DNA of 64,000 nt from Chiloscyllium plagiosum. Its lineage: Eukaryota. Below are positions 60,956 through 64,000 of the stretch, in pieces; the stretch's first letter is position 1; the number at the start of each line of letters is the position of its first letter. The notes beneath the pieces were generated by a model that did no database searches, had not been told where the DNA came from, and saw only the letters and a list, made by a program, of their open reading frames with translations. Where the stretch lies: NCBI RefSeq assembly GCF_004010195.1, contig NC_057719.1, positions 11,160,507-11,224,506 of the forward strand, read 5' to 3'. The position numbers were made by a program, and so were the translations under genes.

Positions 60956-61282
60956 ATTGTGGTAATGTCACTGAACTGGCAATCCAGAGGTCTACAGAAG
61001 CTTGTGGAATTTGAATTCAATGAATAGCATCTGTTGTTGCATGTTAGTATCTGTAAGAGTAATCATTAAAAGCCCATCTGGCTCACTAATGTCCTTTAGG
61101 GAGGGAAATCTGCCATCCTCACCCAGTCTGAGACTCCAGACCCACAGCGACATAGCCAACTCTAAAGTGCCATCTGAAATGGCCAAGCAACCCACTAGGC
61201 GTGAGGACATTTGAAGATGGGCAGCAAATGCTGTTTGTACCAACACCCCAGGAAAAAATAAGTATTAAAAGAATAAATATTA

Positions 61283-62037
61283 AGACTTATACACTTAATG
61301 GTAAGGTCCTAGGGAGTGTTGCTGAACAAAGAGACCATGGAGTGCAGCTCCTTGAAAGTGGAGTCGCAGGTAGATAGGATAGTGAAGAAGGCGTTTGGTA
61401 TGCTTTCCTTTATTGGTCAGAGCATTGAGTACAGGAGTTGGGAGGTCATGTTGCGGCTGTACAGGACACTAGTTAGGCCACTTTTGGAATATTGCGTGCA
61501 ATTCTGGTCTCCTTCCTATCGGAAAAATATTGTGAAACTTGGAAGGGTTCAGAAAAGATTTACAAAGATGTTGCCAGGGTTGGAGGATTTGAGCTAAAGG
61601 GAGGAGCTGAATACACTGGGGCTGTTTTTCCCTGGAGCATCGGAGGCTGTGGAGTGACCTTATAGAGGTTTATAAAATCATGAGGGGCATGGATAGGATA
61701 AATAGACAAGGTCTTTTCCCTGGGGTGGGGGAATCCAGAACTGGAGGGCATAGTTTAGGGTGAGAGGAGAAAGATATAAAAGAGACCTAACGGGCAACCT
61801 TTTCACACAGAGGGTGGTGTGTGTATGGAATGAGCTGCCAGAGGAAGTGGTGGAGGCTGGTACAATTGCAACATTTAAAAGGCATCTGGATGGGGAGATG
61901 AATAGGAAGGGTTTGGAGAGATATAGGCCAGGTGCTGGCAGGTGGGACTAGATTGGGTTGGGGTATCTGGTCAGCAGGACAAATTGGACTGAAGGGTCTG
62001 CTTCCATGCTGTACATCTCTACGACTCTATGACTCTA
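61283..62037 (+). mobile_element. CR1/HER1-type LINE 3' fragment
   Basis: SSLKVESQVDRIVKKAFGMLSFIGQSIEYRSWEVMLRLYRTLVRPLLEYCVQFWSP; tail. Confidence 0.95.
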
Positions 62038-62395
62038 CAGTGGACGTTGTCCTGGCATCAAGCCAGTACTTATCCCTAGCCGACATTGCATGAGCAGGTA
62101 AATAAGTCACTATCTTGTTGCAGTTTGTGAGATCTTGCTGTGCTGCTGCATTTCCTGCATGAAAACAGTGCTTGTACTACCAAAGTAATTAATTGACTGT
62201 AGAGCACTTTGGAGATGTCTAGTGCTCTAACACGTGCTCTGTGAATGTCAATCTTCCTCTTTTATTCGACCACATAAAGTGTGGTTATTAGTTAGCACCA
62301 TCAGTTATTAGTTATTATAACCAGGACCAAACCAAAAGTGTTCCATGGGGTTGATAACATAAGTAATGGCACCCCAACATCTTGGTCACATCTAC

Positions 62396-63790
62396 ATAGA
62401 ACATAAAACAGCACAGTACAGTACAAGTCCTTCGGCCCTCAATGTTGTTCCGACCTTTTACCCTACTTTGAGATCAGAGTAACCTACATACCCTACATTT
62501 TACTATCATCCATGTGCCTATCCAAGACTCACTTAAATGTCCCGAATGTCTCTGACTCCACTACCACTGCCGGCAGTGCATTCCACGCATCCACCACACT
62601 CTGCGTAAAGAACCTACCTCTGATATCTCCCCTACACCTTCCTCCAATCACCTTAAAATTATGCCCCCTCATGATAGCTATTTCTGCCCTGGGAAAATGT
62701 CTCTGGCTATCCACTCTATCAATGCCTCTCATCATCTTGTACACCTCTATCAAGTCACCTTTAATCCTTTTCTGCTCCAATGAGAAAAGCCTTACCTCCC
62801 TCAACTTTTCTTCATAAGACATGCCCTCCAATCCAGGCAGCATCCTGGTAAATCTCCTCTGCATCCTCTCTAAAGCTTCCACATCCTTCCTATAATGAGA
62901 CAACCAGAACTGAACACAACATTTCAAGTATAGTCTAACCAGGGCTATATAGAGCAGCAGCATAACCTCGCAGCTCTTAAACTCAATCACCCGGTAATGA
63001 AAGCCAACACACCATACACCTTCTTGACAACCCTAGCAACCTGGGTGGCAACTTTGAGGGATCAATGGACTTGAGCCCCAAGATACCTCTGTTCCTCCAT
63101 GCTGCCAAGAATCCTGTCTCTAACCCTGCATTCTGCATTCAAATTCGACCTTCCAAGGTGAATCACTTCACATTTTTCCGGTTGAATTCCATCTGCCACT
63201 TATCAGCCCAGCTCTGCATCCTGTCAAGGTCCCATTGCAACTATAACAGCCCTCCACACTATCTATCATACCACCAACCTTCATGCCAACTTACTAATCC
63301 ACCCTTCCACTTCCTCATCCAAGTTATTTATAAAAATCACAAACAGCAGAGGTCCCAGAACCGATCCCTGCTGAATGCCACTGGTCACCAAGCTGAATGC
63401 ATTCCATCTACCACCATCCTCTGTTTCTATGGCCCAGCCAATTCTGTATCCAGACAGCCAGTTTTCCTGTATCCCATGCCTTCTTACTTTCTGAATGAAC
63501 TGACAATGAGGACCCTTATCAAATGCCTTGTTAAAATCCATGTAAACCACATCCACTGCTCTACCTAACAATGTATTTTGTCGCAGCCTCAAAGAATTCA
63601 ATAAAGTTTATGAGGCATGACCTGCCCTTCACAAAGCCATGCTGGCTATCTCTAATCAAACTATGGTTTTTCCAAGTAATCACAAATCCTGTCTCTCAGA
63701 ATCCTCTCCAATACTTTATCCATCACGGACATAAGACTGGCTGGTCTATAATTCCCAGAATTGTCTCTATTCCCTTTCTTCTTGAACATT
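62396..63790 (-). mobile_element. CR1 LINE ORF2 fragment, different subfamily
   Basis: VDVVYMDFNKAFDK, SGIQQGSVLGPLLFVIFINNLD, LYIALVRLYLKCCVQFW. Confidence 0.93.
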
Positions 63791-63861
63791 TGCCACCCAG
63801 TGGACAGTGAAGACAAAAAGATCATTGCTAAGGGCGCAGCACTGCCACATCTCCTTCCTCA

Positions 63862-63990
63862 GTGCCTGACTCATCAGTTTCTTCATTTCCCCTCCCCCCC
63901 ACCATATCCCAGATCCAACCTTCCAACGCGGCATTGCCCTCGTGACCTGTCCTACTTGTCCATCTTCCTTCCCACCTATCCAATCTCCTG
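63862..63990 (+). mobile_element. Penelope-like 3' UTR fragment
   Basis: CATTTCCCCTCCCCCC..ATCCCAGATCCAACCTTCCAAC..GTCCTACTTGTCCATCTTCCTTCCCACC resembles 52360-52470. Confidence 0.75.
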
Positions 63991-64000
63991 CTCGAATGCT

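Overview
Eukaryotic, repeat-rich vertebrate DNA. The repeat complement (tRNA-headed HE1-like SINEs sharing a 3' tail with CR1/HER1-type LINEs, Deu-domain SINEs, Rex1/Babar, RTE, L2, Penelope-like elements) points to a shark or other elasmobranch; this is an inference. The only host coding sequence I can support is one 204-nt internal exon of ADCK1 (UbiB family, KxGQ motif) on the minus strand at 56301-56504. The rest of the window therefore appears intronic, with more than 56 kb and no recognisable next exon. Other contents are a ~6 kb 40-bp satellite with higher-order structure, two minisatellites, two assembly gaps and several repeat-free blocks that may be conserved non-coding elements. The most interesting signal is a dispersed family of about 10 short (70-210 bp) elements derived from Penelope-like element termini. 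They carry a minimal hammerhead-ribozyme core (CTGANGA-A-GGGC-loop-GCCC-GAAA-CG-TC), several are flanked by 8-16 bp target-site duplications, some are folded back into palindromes, and several break right at the CTGA of the core. A second, more speculative signal: each satellite unit reads as a near-consensus U1/5'-splice-site motif on the ADCK1 sense strand. All calls were made by eye with no database search, and repeat boundaries are approximate.
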